A stretch of 64,000 nt of DNA from a bacterium (GCA_041389985.1 JAWKQS010000014.1:14553-78552); one strand, 5' to 3'; shown: positions 32,301 to 42,983, counted from the stretch's first letter. Notes: generated by a model not told the origin, from the letters alone. Made by a program: numbers and translations.

Positions 32301-33359
32301 GTGACCGACATCCACCAGCGCAAGCTCGATCACATCGAGCTCTGCAACACCGCCGACGTCGAGGGCACCGATCACGGGGGCCTCTTCGCCGAGGTGCACC
32401 TCGTCCACGACGCCCTGCCCGAGCTGGCCATGGGCGAGCTGGACCTCTCGACGCCCTTCCTCGATCACCCGCTGCGCGCGCCGCTGATGGTCACCGGCAT
32501 GACAGGGGGGCCCGCCGAGGCGGGGCGCATCAACGCTGGCGTCGCGCGGGTCTGCGCGCGCCTGGGGCTGGCCTTCGGCGTCGGCAGCCAGCGCGTGATC
32601 ACCCGCGACGCCGCCTCGGCCGCCACCTTCCAGGTCCGCCGCGTCGCGCCTGACGTGGTGCTCGTGGGCAACCTGGGGGTCAACCAGGTGCGCGATCTGG
32701 GGGTGGGCGTCGTCCGCGAGCTCATGGCCCGCATCGAGGCGGACTACCTGGCCGTCCACCTCAACCCGGCCCAGGAGCTGGCCCAGCCCGGTGGCGAGGC
32801 GGATCACGATTTTCGCAGTGGTTACGCCACCATCGGCGCGCTGGTCGAGGCGCTCGACGGCCGGGTGATCGTGAAGGAGTGCGGCACGGGGCTCTCGCCG
32901 AAGGTGGTGCGCGGGCTCGCGGCGCTGGGCGTCCGGGCCGTGGACGTGAGCGGGAGCGGCGGCACGAGCTGGGTGAAGGTCGAGGCGCTGCGGGCCCGGG
33001 GCCGCAAGGCCGCCCTCGGCGCGCTCTTCGCCGGCTGGGGCATCCCGACGGCGGCCGCCGTGCTCGGGGCCGCGGGCCTCGGGCCCCAGGTCATCGCCTC
33101 GGGGGGCGTGGGCGATGGCCTCGCCCTGGCGCGGGCCCTCGCCCTCGGCGCCCAGCTCGGCGGCTGCGCCCGGCCCGTCCTCCAGGCCTTCCTGGCGGGG
33201 GGCGAGGAGGGGGCGCAGGCCTTCCTCGAGGATGTGATCGAGGCGCTGCGCATGGCCCTCGTGCTGACGGGCTGCCGGCGCCCGGCCGAGCTGGCCGCGG
33301 TGCCCCGCGTCCTGGGGCCGCGGCTCGCCGCCTGGCAGCGCACCTGGGAGGCGGCATGA
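32301..33359 (+). CDS. fni: Isopentenyl-diphosphate delta-isomerase, type 2 (FMN-dependent)
   Basis: Motifs MTDIHQRKLDHIELC...MVTGMTGG...GSGGTSW. Confidence 0.85.
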   Translation: MTDIHQRKLDHIELCNTADVEGTDHGGLFAEVHLVHDALPELAMGELDLSTPFLDHPLRAPLMVTGMTGGPAEAGRINAGVARVCARLGLAFGVGSQRVITRDAASAATFQVRRVAPDVVLVGNLGVNQVRDLGVGVVRELMARIEADYLAVHLNPAQELAQPGGEADHDFRSGYATIGALVEALDGRVIVKECGTGLSPKVVRGLAALGVRAVDVSGSGGTSWVKVEALRARGRKAALGALFAGWGIPTAAAVLGAAGLGPQVIASGGVGDGLALARALALGAQLGGCARPVLQAFLAGGEEGAQAFLEDVIEALRMALVLTGCRRPAELAAVPRVLGPRLAAWQRTWEAA

Positions 33360-34627
33360 CCGACTCGCGCATCCCCGGGTTCTACAAGCTGGATCTGGGC
33401 GCCCGGCACGCCGAGCTGCGGACGCGGTTCGGCCTGACGGACGCCGATCTCGCGGTGCTGCGCGACGGGGGCGCCCTCGACTGGGCCCGCGCCGACAAGA
33501 TGGTCGAGAACTGCATCGGCGTGATGGGGCTGCCCGTCGGGCTCGGCCTCAACTTCCTGGTCAACGGCCGAGACGTCGTGGTGCCGATGGCGGTGGAGGA
33601 GCCCTCCATCATCGCCGCCGTCTCCCACATCGCCCGGCTGGTGCGGCCCCATGGGGGCTTCCAGGTGGACGCCGACGCGGGGCTGATGATCGCCCAGGTG
33701 CAGGTGGTGGACGTGCCCGATCCGGTGGCGGCCGAGCGCGCGCTGCTGGCGGCCCGCGGGCGCATCCTGGCCCGGGCCAACGCGGTGCACCCCAACATGG
33801 CGGCCCGCGGCGGCGGCGCCCGCGACCTGGAGGTCCGCCGGTTCGGCGAGCCCTTCCCCATGCTGGTGGTGCACCTGCTGGCCGACTGCTGCGACGCCAT
33901 GGGGGCCAACGCGGTCAACGCCATGGCCGAGGGCATCGCCCCCCTCGTCGAGACGCTCACCGGGGGCCGCGTCTGCCTGCGCATCCTCAGCAACCTGGCC
34001 GACCGCCGGCTGGCGCGGGCGGCCTGCTCACTCCCGGAGGAAGCCCTTGCAGGTCGAGGATTTACGGGCGCCGAGGTGGCCGACGGCGTGGTGCAGGCGT
34101 GGCGCTTCGCCGCCGTGGATCCCTACCGCGCCGCCACCCACAACAAGGGCGTGATGAACGGCATCGACGCGGTGGCGGTGGCCACGGGCAACGACTGGCG
34201 CGGCGTCGAAGCGGGCGCCCACGCCTGGGCCGCCCGGGACGGGCGCTACACCTCGCTGACGACGTGGTGGCGTGCCGACGGCTGCCTGCACGGCAGCATC
34301 GAGCTGCCCCTGGCGGTGGGCACCGTGGGCGGCTCGACGGGCGTCCACCCCACCATCGCCGTGCTGCGCAAGCTGCTGGGCGTCGAGACGGCCCGGGAGC
34401 TGGCGGGGGTCATGGCCGCCGTGGGCCTGGCCCAGAACCTCGGCGCCCTCAAGGCCCTGGCCACCGAGGGCATCCAGCGCGGGCACATGAGCCTGCACGC
34501 GCGCCAGGTGGCCCTGGCCGTGGGCGCAGAGGGAGAGCTGGTGGATCACGTCGCCCGCATCCTCATCGAGCGCGGCGAGATCAAGATGGAGACCGCCCGC
34601 CTGATCCTCGCGGAGCTGGACCGGTGA
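33356..34627 (+). CDS. HMG-CoA reductase
   Basis: Motifs ENCIGVMGLPVG, DAMGANAVN and HMSLHARQVA. ATGA overlap with fni. Confidence 0.85.
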   Translation: MTDSRIPGFYKLDLGARHAELRTRFGLTDADLAVLRDGGALDWARADKMVENCIGVMGLPVGLGLNFLVNGRDVVVPMAVEEPSIIAAVSHIARLVRPHGGFQVDADAGLMIAQVQVVDVPDPVAAERALLAARGRILARANAVHPNMAARGGGARDLEVRRFGEPFPMLVVHLLADCCDAMGANAVNAMAEGIAPLVETLTGGRVCLRILSNLADRRLARAACSLPEEALAGRGFTGAEVADGVVQAWRFAAVDPYRAATHNKGVMNGIDAVAVATGNDWRGVEAGAHAWAARDGRYTSLTTWWRADGCLHGSIELPLAVGTVGGSTGVHPTIAVLRKLLGVETARELAGVMAAVGLAQNLGALKALATEGIQRGHMSLHARQVALAVGAEGELVDHVARILIERGEIKMETARLILAELDR

Positions 34628-35565
34628 GCGCCCGGCTCGGCACCGGGGCCGCCCCCGGCAAGGTCATCCTGTTCGGCGAGCACGCGGTGGTCTACGGGCA
34701 GCCCGCCGTGGCGGCCGCCATGAGCACCGGCCTGGGCGCCACGGTCGAGCCCGCGGCAGGCCCCCCCACCCTGCGCATCCCGAGCTGGGGGCGGGGCGGC
34801 CTGGAGGTGCGGGCCGGCGGCACGAGCGCGGGCCCCGACTCCATCGCCCGCGGCTTCACCCGCGCCCTCGAGGTGCTGGGCCTGGCCGGCGAGCCCCTCG
34901 CCGTGACCATCGAGGGCGACCTGCCCCTGGGCGTGGGCCTGGGCTCGAGCGCGGCGTTCGCGGTGTCGCTGCTGCGCGCCCTGGCGGACTACCGCGGCGT
35001 CCCCCTCGCCGCCCAGGCGCTGCTGGCGGCGGCCGCCGAGGTCGAGACCGTGTTCCACGGCACCCCCAGCGGCCTGGATCACACCGTCGTCACCCGCGGG
35101 GGCTGCCTGCGCTTCGCCCGGGGGGAGACGCCGGCGTTTCGCGCCGTCCGGTTGGCGCGGCCGCTGCCGGCCGTCATCGCCTGGGCCCCGCGCGAGGGCA
35201 GCACCCGCGACGCCGTCGAGGGCCTGCGCGCCCGGCGCGACGCCCTGCCCGCCCAGTATGACGCCCTCTTCGCCGCCATGGGCGCGGTGGCCGAGGCCGG
35301 GGTGGCGGCGCTGGAGGCGGGCGATCTGGCCACCGTCGGGCGGCTCTTCGACCTCAACCACGGCTACCTGAGCGCCTGCGGGGTCTCCAGCCTCGCCAAC
35401 GAGACCATGGTCGCCCTCGCCCGCCGCCACGGCGCGGTGGGGGCCAAGCTCACCGGCGCCGGCCTCGGCGGCGCCACCATCGCCCTGTGCCCGGACGACG
35501 CCGAGAGGGTGGCCACCGCCCTCGTCGACGCCGGCTTCCGGGCCATCGTCTCGCGGATCGGATGA
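34624..35565 (+). CDS. mvk: Mevalonate kinase (GHMP family)
   Basis: Motifs KVILFGEHAVVYG and PLGVGLGSSAA. GTGA overlap with the upstream gene. Confidence 0.85.
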   Translation: MSARLGTGAAPGKVILFGEHAVVYGQPAVAAAMSTGLGATVEPAAGPPTLRIPSWGRGGLEVRAGGTSAGPDSIARGFTRALEVLGLAGEPLAVTIEGDLPLGVGLGSSAAFAVSLLRALADYRGVPLAAQALLAAAAEVETVFHGTPSGLDHTVVTRGGCLRFARGETPAFRAVRLARPLPAVIAWAPREGSTRDAVEGLRARRDALPAQYDALFAAMGAVAEAGVAALEAGDLATVGRLFDLNHGYLSACGVSSLANETMVALARRHGAVGAKLTGAGLGGATIALCPDDAERVATALVDAGFRAIVSRIG

Positions 35566-36305
35566 TGCGTAGAGCTTTGCTTTTGCTGGTTTTTTTCGCC
35601 CCGGCGGCCCACGCCGGCGAGCTGGAGCTGTCGGCGGGGTTCCTGCGCGGGGAGTGGAAGGCCGATGGCGTCGTCCGCGGCCTCACCGGCCTCGATGTCG
35701 CCGGCGCCTGGCTCCACGGCCCGTGGCGGGTGGGCCTGTCGGCCCGCATGCTCACCAGCGTGCGCGATGACGCGGGCGACTGTGACGGCCCGTGCTACCC
35801 CGCGCGCGCCGCCGACGCGCGCCACGATCCCATGGGCGCGCTCTCGGGCGGGTGGTTCGGCAAGTGGGGCGGCGGCCAGGCCGGCGTCGCGCTGCTGGGC
35901 AAGGACACCGACGAGACGTCGGCGCGCCTGAAGATCCGGCCGTCGCTGCTCTTCCAGGCCGGGCCCGATGTGCTGCACGTGGCCGGCACGCTCTGGGAGC
36001 CCTCGTCGTGGGTGCCGGCTCCGGGGCGCACGCGCCTCGGCGTGGGCACGAAGCTCGATCGCGTCGCGGGCTGGATCGGCGTCGCGACCGACGAGACGCA
36101 GGTGCTGGGGGGGGCGGTGGGGGTGCGCGCCGCCCTGTCGGAGAACCTGGCCCTCAACGCGGGCGTCGCCCTCGCCCCGGACGCGGCCGAGTTCCTGCTC
36201 ATCCGCGCGGGCCTGACCTTCGTGCTGGGCAACGACGAGCCGCGCTGGCCCGGCGCCGCCGAGGCCCCCGACTCGCCGCCCCCGCCGCCAGCGCCGCCGG
36301 GCTGA
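35562..36305 (+). CDS. Secreted hypothetical protein (beta-rich)
   Basis: Signal peptide MMRRALLLLVFFAPAAHA. ATG overlaps the mvk stop. Confidence 0.55.
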   Translation: MMRRALLLLVFFAPAAHAGELELSAGFLRGEWKADGVVRGLTGLDVAGAWLHGPWRVGLSARMLTSVRDDAGDCDGPCYPARAADARHDPMGALSGGWFGKWGGGQAGVALLGKDTDETSARLKIRPSLLFQAGPDVLHVAGTLWEPSSWVPAPGRTRLGVGTKLDRVAGWIGVATDETQVLGGAVGVRAALSENLALNAGVALAPDAAEFLLIRAGLTFVLGNDEPRWPGAAEAPDSPPPPPAPPG

Positions 36306-36362
36306 CCGCTGGCCCCGCCCTTGCGTGGGGACGACCCGACCTCTCGACCCCGGAGCAGCCCC

Positions 36363-37217
36363 ATGCGCGCCCTCGCCCTCGCCGCCCTGATCGCGGCGCT
36401 CGCCGCGTCCCTCGCCGCCCCCGCCGCCGCCGAAGAGCCCGGCGCCTGGCGCCTGCAGAGCGCCCTCCAGGCCCGCACCAACAGCCTGGGCATCGGCCTT
36501 CTCACCTACAGCGGGTACCGGGTAAAGCTCTTTGATTCCGAGAACATCCTGCTGAAGGGGGCCTTCGCCGAGGCGGGCGTCGTCACCCAGCTCAGCCCGG
36601 CCTCGTTCCACCCGGGCGTCTACGTCCAGGTGGCGCCCGTCACCCCGCTGGTCTTCCGGTTCGCGGCGCGCAAGCTCGGCTACTTCGGCCTCTTCGGCAC
36701 CGTGGTGGAGTACCCGTCCGCCACCTCCGACTGGAGCCCCAGCGCGCTGGACGACAACGCCCGCTACGCCGAGCCCGCCGTGGGGGCGGCCTGGGAGGCC
36801 AGCGGCATGCTGCGGCTGAAGTTCGGCCGGGTGCTCGTGCTGCACGAGCAGCAGCTCCACGGCCTGCGCATGGACGCCGTGGCCGCTGACCACTTCTGGT
36901 ACGAGTCCATCAACGATCTGCTGGTGGCCTCCCACGATCAGGTCCATGTGATGAAGGCCACCGGCGCGGTGCTCGTGGACGGGCGCCTCGACGACACCTT
37001 CCTGGTCCTGGGCGGCCACTGGGAGAGCTACGCGGCCCGGGAGTCGGGCTCCACGCGGCAGATCACCGGCCTCGTCGGCCTGTGGCGCCCGCGCATGGAC
37101 TGGTGGGGCGAGCCCTCCTTCGCGGCCCTGGCCGGGGTGATGCTGGAGGACAAGTACCGCCAGTGGACGCCCTACATCGGCGGCCAGGCCATCGTCACCT
37201 TCGGCGGCGTGGAGTAG
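36363..37217 (+). CDS. Secreted hypothetical protein
   Basis: Signal peptide MRALALAALIAALAASLAAPAAA. Confidence 0.55.
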   Translation: MRALALAALIAALAASLAAPAAAEEPGAWRLQSALQARTNSLGIGLLTYSGYRVKLFDSENILLKGAFAEAGVVTQLSPASFHPGVYVQVAPVTPLVFRFAARKLGYFGLFGTVVEYPSATSDWSPSALDDNARYAEPAVGAAWEASGMLRLKFGRVLVLHEQQLHGLRMDAVAADHFWYESINDLLVASHDQVHVMKATGAVLVDGRLDDTFLVLGGHWESYAARESGSTRQITGLVGLWRPRMDWWGEPSFAALAGVMLEDKYRQWTPYIGGQAIVTFGGVE

Positions 37218-37220
37218 GCG

Positions 37221-38249
37221 TCAGAGGGGGCCGGGCGGGATGCGACCCGCCCGGATGGTCGCCGCCTGGGACGGCGAGAACGGCAGCCCGAGCACCGCCG
37301 GGTCCTGCTGCCGTGACCGGAACAGATCCAGGATGAAGTGCATGCGGTCCGCCAGGTCCGACCAGTCCTCGGCCGCGCTCTCGGCCGTGCTGTTCGGCGT
37401 GGGATCCCAGGCCTCCACGAGGGCCCGCAGCGCCGGCAGATCGGGCTCGGCGAGCTCGGCGGGGAACATGCGGCCGTCGGGCAGCGGGGGGACGTCGCGC
37501 CCCAGCGTCATCGTCCCCCCGGGCAGGGCGATGCCCATGAGGCCGGTGCTGACCTCGCGCCACATCTCCTCGAACTTCCAGGTGAATCCGGCCACGATGC
37601 GCCGCAGGAACCGGGGCGTGCCCAGGGTGTCGGCCAGCCCGCCGGCCCGCGCCTTGAGGCGCTCCAGGGCCCCCAGCATGCTGCCGGCGATCTGGGCCTG
37701 GAGGCGCGTCTGCTCGTGGACGCCCACCTGGCCGTTGGCCAGCAGGATGAGCTGGGCACGCGTCCCCGGATCGGGGGTCTGGCGCGCGTCCCAGTAGGCG
37801 GTGAAGGCCTGCCGCAAGCGGTCCTGGCCTTCGTCCACCGACGGGCCCGGGCGCAGCTCCGCCAGGAAGCCATCCAGCCGGGCGCCGGGATCGGGGCCGT
37901 CGAGGACTTCCAGGAAGCGGGCGAACAGGGGGGCCAGCTCTCGGTAGACCTTGAAGTTGCCCTCGCTGATCTGCGCGCTCACGTCGTCGAGGGCGTCGTC
38001 GAACCGCTCCAGCAGGGGCTCGAGCGGGCCGAAGTGGGACGGCAGGCTCTCCAGCCGGATGAACCGGCCCGCCTGCTTCGAGGCCCACGCCGCGAAGGCC
38101 ACCCAGGGAGCGTTCCGGGTGCAGATGCGCGCCGACACGGCCTGGGCGATGTCGTGGTAGGACAAGGTGATCTGCAGGTTGCGCAGGGTGGGATCGCGCA
38201 CGTCGCAGATGGCCGCGCAGGCCGCCGCCGAGGTGAAGGGGGTGTGCAT
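37221..38249 (-). CDS. Hypothetical protein
   Basis: 342-aa protein-like ORF. Convergent with the 36363..37217 gene. Confidence 0.5.
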   Translation of the reverse strand: MHTPFTSAAACAAICDVRDPTLRNLQITLSYHDIAQAVSARICTRNAPWVAFAAWASKQAGRFIRLESLPSHFGPLEPLLERFDDALDDVSAQISEGNFKVYRELAPLFARFLEVLDGPDPGARLDGFLAELRPGPSVDEGQDRLRQAFTAYWDARQTPDPGTRAQLILLANGQVGVHEQTRLQAQIAGSMLGALERLKARAGGLADTLGTPRFLRRIVAGFTWKFEEMWREVSTGLMGIALPGGTMTLGRDVPPLPDGRMFPAELAEPDLPALRALVEAWDPTPNSTAESAAEDWSDLADRMHFILDLFRSRQQDPAVLGLPFSPSQAATIRAGRIPPGPL

Positions 38250-38311
38250 GGCGGGATCATCGGCCCGAGGCCGGGGTGTGTAAAGCGGGACGGTGCGGCG
38301 CGGCCCCCGCG

Positions 38312-38340
38312 TTTACAGGGCTCGGTGCGCCGGGTATAAC
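38312..38340 (+). promoter_or_regulatory. Sigma-70-like promoter: TTTACA, 17-nt spacer, TATAAC
   Basis: Lies in the divergent intergenic region. Predicted TSS about 38347, only a few nt before the first in-frame GTG (38351). Confidence 0.4.
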
Positions 38341-38350
38341 GCACGGCCTT

Positions 38351-40024
38351 GTGCCCGTGCTGGAGGTGGACGTGTCCGAGACTGCCGAGCTCCTGCTGCG
38401 CGCCGTGGCGTCGGCCCTCGCCGACGACCGCCGCGTGCTCGTCTTCGGGGACTCCTTCGAGCTGCTGGAGCTGATGGCCGCGGCCCCGGTGAAGGAGCTG
38501 GTGGTGGTCTCCGCCCTGGCCGATCCCGACGCCCCGGCCGGCAGCACCGTCCTCGGTGCCCCGCTGCGCATGCGGCCGGACTGGGCCGAGCGCCCCAACT
38601 CCAAGGATCTGGTGGTGGACGCCCGCGGCGACGCCCCGCCCGAGGAGGTCGCGCGGGTGCTGAAGAAGCAGGGCGTCTACCTCGCGGCCACCGAGACGCC
38701 GGCCCTGGCCGCGCTGCCGGCGCGGCGGGTGGTACAGGCCGGCTTCGCGCCGGCCCTGGTGGTGGGCGAGGGCGGGCCGGTGCTCGCGTTCGGCGCCGCC
38801 GGCGATGAGGGACCCGCGGTGTACCTCGGCGGCACCACGCCGCCGCCCGACGTGGCCGCCGTCGCGCTGCTGCCCGCCGAGCTGGCCCCCGCCACGGCCC
38901 GCGTCGAGGCGCTCGAGGCCGAGCTGGCGGACGCCCGCGGGGAGCTGCAGGCCCAGGGCGAGGCCCTCGAGTCGGCCATGGCCCTGGGCCAGCGGACGCT
39001 GGAGCTGGAGGACGCCCTGGCCGCCGGGGAGCGCGCGCTGGCGGCCGCCCGCAGCGGCGAGCAGGGCGCGCAGGCGGCGCTGGCGGCGCTCCAGGCCGAG
39101 CACGCCGAGCTGGAGGCCGCCTACACCCGCACCCGCGACGAGCTGGCCGAGCGCCGCGTGCAGGATCGCCGGGCCGACGCCGTGCGGGCCCGCTTCGAGG
39201 CCGCCCGGGCCGAGATGACGGCCGAGCTGCAGGCCCTGCGCGAGCAGGTGCGCGCCCTGGGCGAGCCCGCCGAGGACGCCGCCGCGGTGCTGGCCGAGCG
39301 CGACGCCGCCCGGGCCGCCTACGCCGGCGCCGCCGACGCCCTGGCCGCGTGCCAGGCCGCCCTGGGCGTCACGCCCCCGGCCCCGCCCCCCGCCTATGTC
39401 GACGCCCCCGCCCGCGCGGCCTGGCTGGACGCGGCCCGCGCCCGCCTGGTCGATGCGGGGCCGGCCCGGCCCGCCGAGGGGGGCGCGCGCGAGACCGAGA
39501 TCGGGGCGCTCATCCAGGCGGTGCGAGAGCGCGACGCGGCCCTCGCGGCCCTCGGGGGCGCCACGACGCCGCCCGCGCCCGCCGCCCCCACGGCGATCCC
39601 CGTGGAGGTGGGCGCGCTGGAGGCCAAGATCGCCGCGCTCGAGGCTGGCCTCGACGCCGAGAGGCGCGCGCGCCAGGCCGAAGCCCGGGCCTCCCGGGAG
39701 CAGGTCCAGGCCGCGGAGGCGGTCCTCGCCGATCGGCAGCGGCTGCTGGCCGAGCTCTCCGACGCCCGCCAGGCGGCCGCCCGCGCCCGGCTCACCGGGG
39801 TCGCCGGCGAAGAGAGCCGGCGGCGCCTGACGGCCGAGCGCGCCCTGCGCGACCAGCGCATCGCGGACCTGGAGGCCATGATGGCCACCCATGTGCGGAT
39901 GCAGGCGCTGCTGGGGGAGGCCCTGGCCGAGGCCGAGGCGGCGCGCGACGACGCCGAGGCCGCCCGCCGGCTGGTGGAGTCCAACCTGCGGCTGCTCGAG
40001 AACGAGCTGGGCCGCCGCGGCTAA
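38351..40024 (+). CDS. Coiled-coil protein with N-terminal globular domain (hypothetical)
   Basis: Long Ala/Glu/Arg-rich heptad-like region. The start is ambiguous: in-frame GTGs at 38276, 38351, 38357 and 38372, with GGAGG at 38363-38367. Confidence 0.55.
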   Translation: MPVLEVDVSETAELLLRAVASALADDRRVLVFGDSFELLELMAAAPVKELVVVSALADPDAPAGSTVLGAPLRMRPDWAERPNSKDLVVDARGDAPPEEVARVLKKQGVYLAATETPALAALPARRVVQAGFAPALVVGEGGPVLAFGAAGDEGPAVYLGGTTPPPDVAAVALLPAELAPATARVEALEAELADARGELQAQGEALESAMALGQRTLELEDALAAGERALAAARSGEQGAQAALAALQAEHAELEAAYTRTRDELAERRVQDRRADAVRARFEAARAEMTAELQALREQVRALGEPAEDAAAVLAERDAARAAYAGAADALAACQAALGVTPPAPPPAYVDAPARAAWLDAARARLVDAGPARPAEGGARETEIGALIQAVRERDAALAALGGATTPPAPAAPTAIPVEVGALEAKIAALEAGLDAERRARQAEARASREQVQAAEAVLADRQRLLAELSDARQAAARARLTGVAGEESRRRLTAERALRDQRIADLEAMMATHVRMQALLGEALAEAEAARDDAEAARRLVESNLRLLENELGRRG

Positions 40025-40052
40025 CGAGCCGTTTCTCTTCAGGAAAGAGCGA

Positions 40053-41282
40053 TCAGCGGCGCTCGATGTTGCCGGCCTGGAGCGTCTGCTCGAGCGCCTT
40101 GGTGGCCAGGGCGGCGTCGCGGGCGAAGGCGTAGGCCAGGTCGGCCCCGCGCACGCGCTTGACGAGGGCGGGCCGCGGCTCGGGGCGGGCCGCGTAGGCG
40201 CGGTCCAGGGCGGCCGAGAACTCCTCCGCGTCGGCGGGGGTGTCCCAGGTGGACAGGGTGGTGACCACCGAGCCCTCCGGCCCCTCCTCGACGGCGGTGT
40301 AGTCCCCATCCCAGCCGGCCCCCGCCGCGATGGCGTCGGTCAGCGGGAGGAAGCCCAGCAGGATCTGGCGGTGGTGGAACTCGCCCGCCGTCCCCTCCCA
40401 GGTGCGCTTGTAGCCCGGCCACCCGAGGGCCGGCGTCTTGACCACGCTGGGCACGTCGCGCTTTGGGTGGTAGCGCTCGGGGTGCAGGATCTGCTCGGTG
40501 CTCGCCGGCGGATCCGCATAGATCTTGCGGACTTCCGCCCAGGACATCCCCGCACGGCGCAGGGCGCCGATGAAGAGCAGGCCCTGCTGGTAGGGGAAGA
40601 TGAGCGACTGCTTGAGGTAGTCGGGGGCCACCGCCATCACCGGGAACTGGGGGCTGGCCATCTGCATGGGCAGGCTGGCCGCGACGGCGCTGAGGCCGAA
40701 GCCCGACTCGGTGATGTCCACCCCCAGCTCCATTTGCTGGTAGTTGAACATCACCACCGTGGCGTCCCCCTCCAGCAGGGCGGCGTGGGCGAGCACGGCG
40801 TCGTGGGTGTAGACCTTGGAGTCGATGAGCTTGCCGCCACCCCACTCCTGGTCCTGGATGGCGTGGAAGATCTCGTGGGCCATCACCGGCTCTTGCAGGA
40901 AGATGGGCAGCCACGCGGCGATGTGGAGCTCCTGGCGGGTGTGGTCGTAGAACCCGGCCACCTGCTCGGCCAGCAGCCGCGTCACGAAGCCGCCGTAGTC
41001 GAGCTCGGCGGGCAGCAGGCCCTGCAGCTTGAGCAGCTCGCCCTCGCCGTGCACCTTCTCGGCGCCGTACTCTTCCTTGAGGCGGTCCTGGATGAAGCCG
41101 GTGATCTGGTCCTTGTCCTTCACGCCCATCTTCAAGGGCCGAGACAGCTTCTGGTCGCGCAGCTTCTCGACGCGGGCCAGCGCCCGGCGGGCCATCGTCT
41201 CCAGCGCCTGGGGATCGGGGGGCGCCGCCTGCCCGCCGAGGACGTCGAGGAGGAGCACCAGCAAGGGGGACAGCCAGGACAC
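40053..41282 (-). CDS. Secreted HExxH zinc-metalloprotease-like protein
   Basis: GTG 41282 with GGAG 8 nt upstream. Signal peptide. Motif PVMAHEIFHAIQDQE. Confidence 0.6.
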   Translation of the reverse strand: MSWLSPLLVLLLDVLGGQAAPPDPQALETMARRALARVEKLRDQKLSRPLKMGVKDKDQITGFIQDRLKEEYGAEKVHGEGELLKLQGLLPAELDYGGFVTRLLAEQVAGFYDHTRQELHIAAWLPIFLQEPVMAHEIFHAIQDQEWGGGKLIDSKVYTHDAVLAHAALLEGDATVVMFNYQQMELGVDITESGFGLSAVAASLPMQMASPQFPVMAVAPDYLKQSLIFPYQQGLLFIGALRRAGMSWAEVRKIYADPPASTEQILHPERYHPKRDVPSVVKTPALGWPGYKRTWEGTAGEFHHRQILLGFLPLTDAIAAGAGWDGDYTAVEEGPEGSVVTTLSTWDTPADAEEFSAALDRAYAARPEPRPALVKRVRGADLAYAFARDAALATKALEQTLQAGNIERR

Positions 41283-41392
41283 GTGAGTCACTCCAAGGTC
41301 GGACGCGCCACGGTGGCATGACGGCCGACCGGCGCGCAACGGCGGGCCCGGAGGTCGCAACACCGCCCGGGGCGGGTCTGTTCCCGGCGGGT

Positions 41393-42865
41393 CTACATGC
41401 CCAGGGTGAAGGGCCCGACCAGGAGCGTCCAGGCGGTGATGACCACGGCCGAGCCGAGGTTGATCGCGAACCCGACCCGGGCCATCAGCGGCAGCGGGAA
41501 CAGGCCGGTGGCGTAGACGATGGCGTTGGGCGGCGTGGCCACCGGCAGCATGAAGGCGCAGGAGGCCGCCAGCGTGGCCGGGATCATGAGGGCGACCGGG
41601 GGCACCCCCATGGCCACCGCCAGCCCGCCGATGACCGGCAACAGCACGGTGGCGGTGGCCGTGTTCGACGTCACCTCGGTGAGGAAGGTGACGAGCAGCA
41701 CGGTCGCGAGAATGACCACCCAGAGCGGCGCGCCCTCGACCAGGGTCGCCAGGCCGGCCCCCAGCCAGGTCGAGAGGCCGGTCGTCTCGAAGCCCCCCGC
41801 CAGGGCGAAGCCCCCGCCGAAGAGCAGCAGGATGTGCCACGGCGTGCGCGCCGAGTCGCGGTACGCCAGCAGCGCCTGGCGGTCGCCTCCGCCGGCCGGG
41901 ATGAGGAAGAGGGCCACCGCCGCCGCGATGGCGATGGTGGAGTCGGAGACGTAGCGCCCCGGGAAGCCCAGCCAGGCGAAGATCCAGCGGTTGCCGATCC
42001 AGGCCACGACGGCGAGGCCGAACACCACCGCCACCCGGCGGCCCCCCGCCGTCCACGGCGCCGAGGGCGCCAGCAGGGCCCGCACGGCGGGTGCCTCCGG
42101 GGGGAGCGCGCTGCGCTGGACCGGGAGGGCGACCCGGGTGAGGTAGCCCCAGATGAGGACGACGAGCAGCAGCGCCAGGGGTGTGGCGAAGGCCATCCAC
42201 GCGGTGAACGACACGTCGACGCCGAACTTCCGCGCCACGCCCGCGAAGACGATGTTGGGCGCCGTGCCCAGGTAGGTGCCCATGCCGCCGACGCTGGCGG
42301 CGTAGGCGATGCCCAGCATGAGCGCCTGCCCGAAGGGGCCGGGCTCCTCTCCCTCGAAGCCCCGGGCCACGGCCAGCGCGACGGGCAGCATCATCACCGT
42401 GACGGAGGTGTTCATGAGCCACATGGACAGGGCCGCCACGGCCAGCATGAAGCCCAGCACCAGGCGATCGCCGCGGGTGCCGACCCGCCGGACGATGGCG
42501 GCCGCCATGCGGCGGTGCAGATCCCAGCGCTCGAGGGCGAAGGCGAGCTGGAAGCCGCCGAAGAACAGCCAGATGAGATCGTGGCCGTAGGCCGGCGCCG
42601 TCTCGGCCGCCGAGCGGATGCCGAGGAGCGGGAAGAGCGCCAGCGGGAGCAAGGCCGTCACGGCGACGGGGACGGCCTCCGTCATCCACCAGCACGCCAT
42701 CAGCATGGTCACGCCGGCGACGCGCTGCCCGGCCACCGAGAGGTCGGTGCCGCTCACCAGGAGGAACGTGCCCACCGCCAGGACGGGTCCCAGCCAGAGT
42801 CCCACATGGGCGGTGCGTCCCACGCTGGCAGTGGATGGCGGCGGCATGTCTGCGCTGGTGGTCAT
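41393..42865 (-). CDS. DASS/SLC13-family anion:sodium symporter
   Basis: About 12 TM helices. Family-typical segments ...GGFALAGG... and LPVATPPNAIVY. Confidence 0.8.
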   Translation of the reverse strand: MTTSADMPPPSTASVGRTAHVGLWLGPVLAVGTFLLVSGTDLSVAGQRVAGVTMLMACWWMTEAVPVAVTALLPLALFPLLGIRSAAETAPAYGHDLIWLFFGGFQLAFALERWDLHRRMAAAIVRRVGTRGDRLVLGFMLAVAALSMWLMNTSVTVMMLPVALAVARGFEGEEPGPFGQALMLGIAYAASVGGMGTYLGTAPNIVFAGVARKFGVDVSFTAWMAFATPLALLLVVLIWGYLTRVALPVQRSALPPEAPAVRALLAPSAPWTAGGRRVAVVFGLAVVAWIGNRWIFAWLGFPGRYVSDSTIAIAAAVALFLIPAGGGDRQALLAYRDSARTPWHILLLFGGGFALAGGFETTGLSTWLGAGLATLVEGAPLWVVILATVLLVTFLTEVTSNTATATVLLPVIGGLAVAMGVPPVALMIPATLAASCAFMLPVATPPNAIVYATGLFPLPLMARVGFAINLGSAVVITAWTLLVGPFTLGM

Positions 42866-42983
42866 GGTTTCCTCGACACGGCCAGACCGGCAAGGCGTAC
42901 CACGTCCCGCCCCGAGGGTGAATCTCGCTCCCATGTGGCAAGGCCTGTTACGATGCCGCGCTCGGTTGACTCCAGGAAGACGC

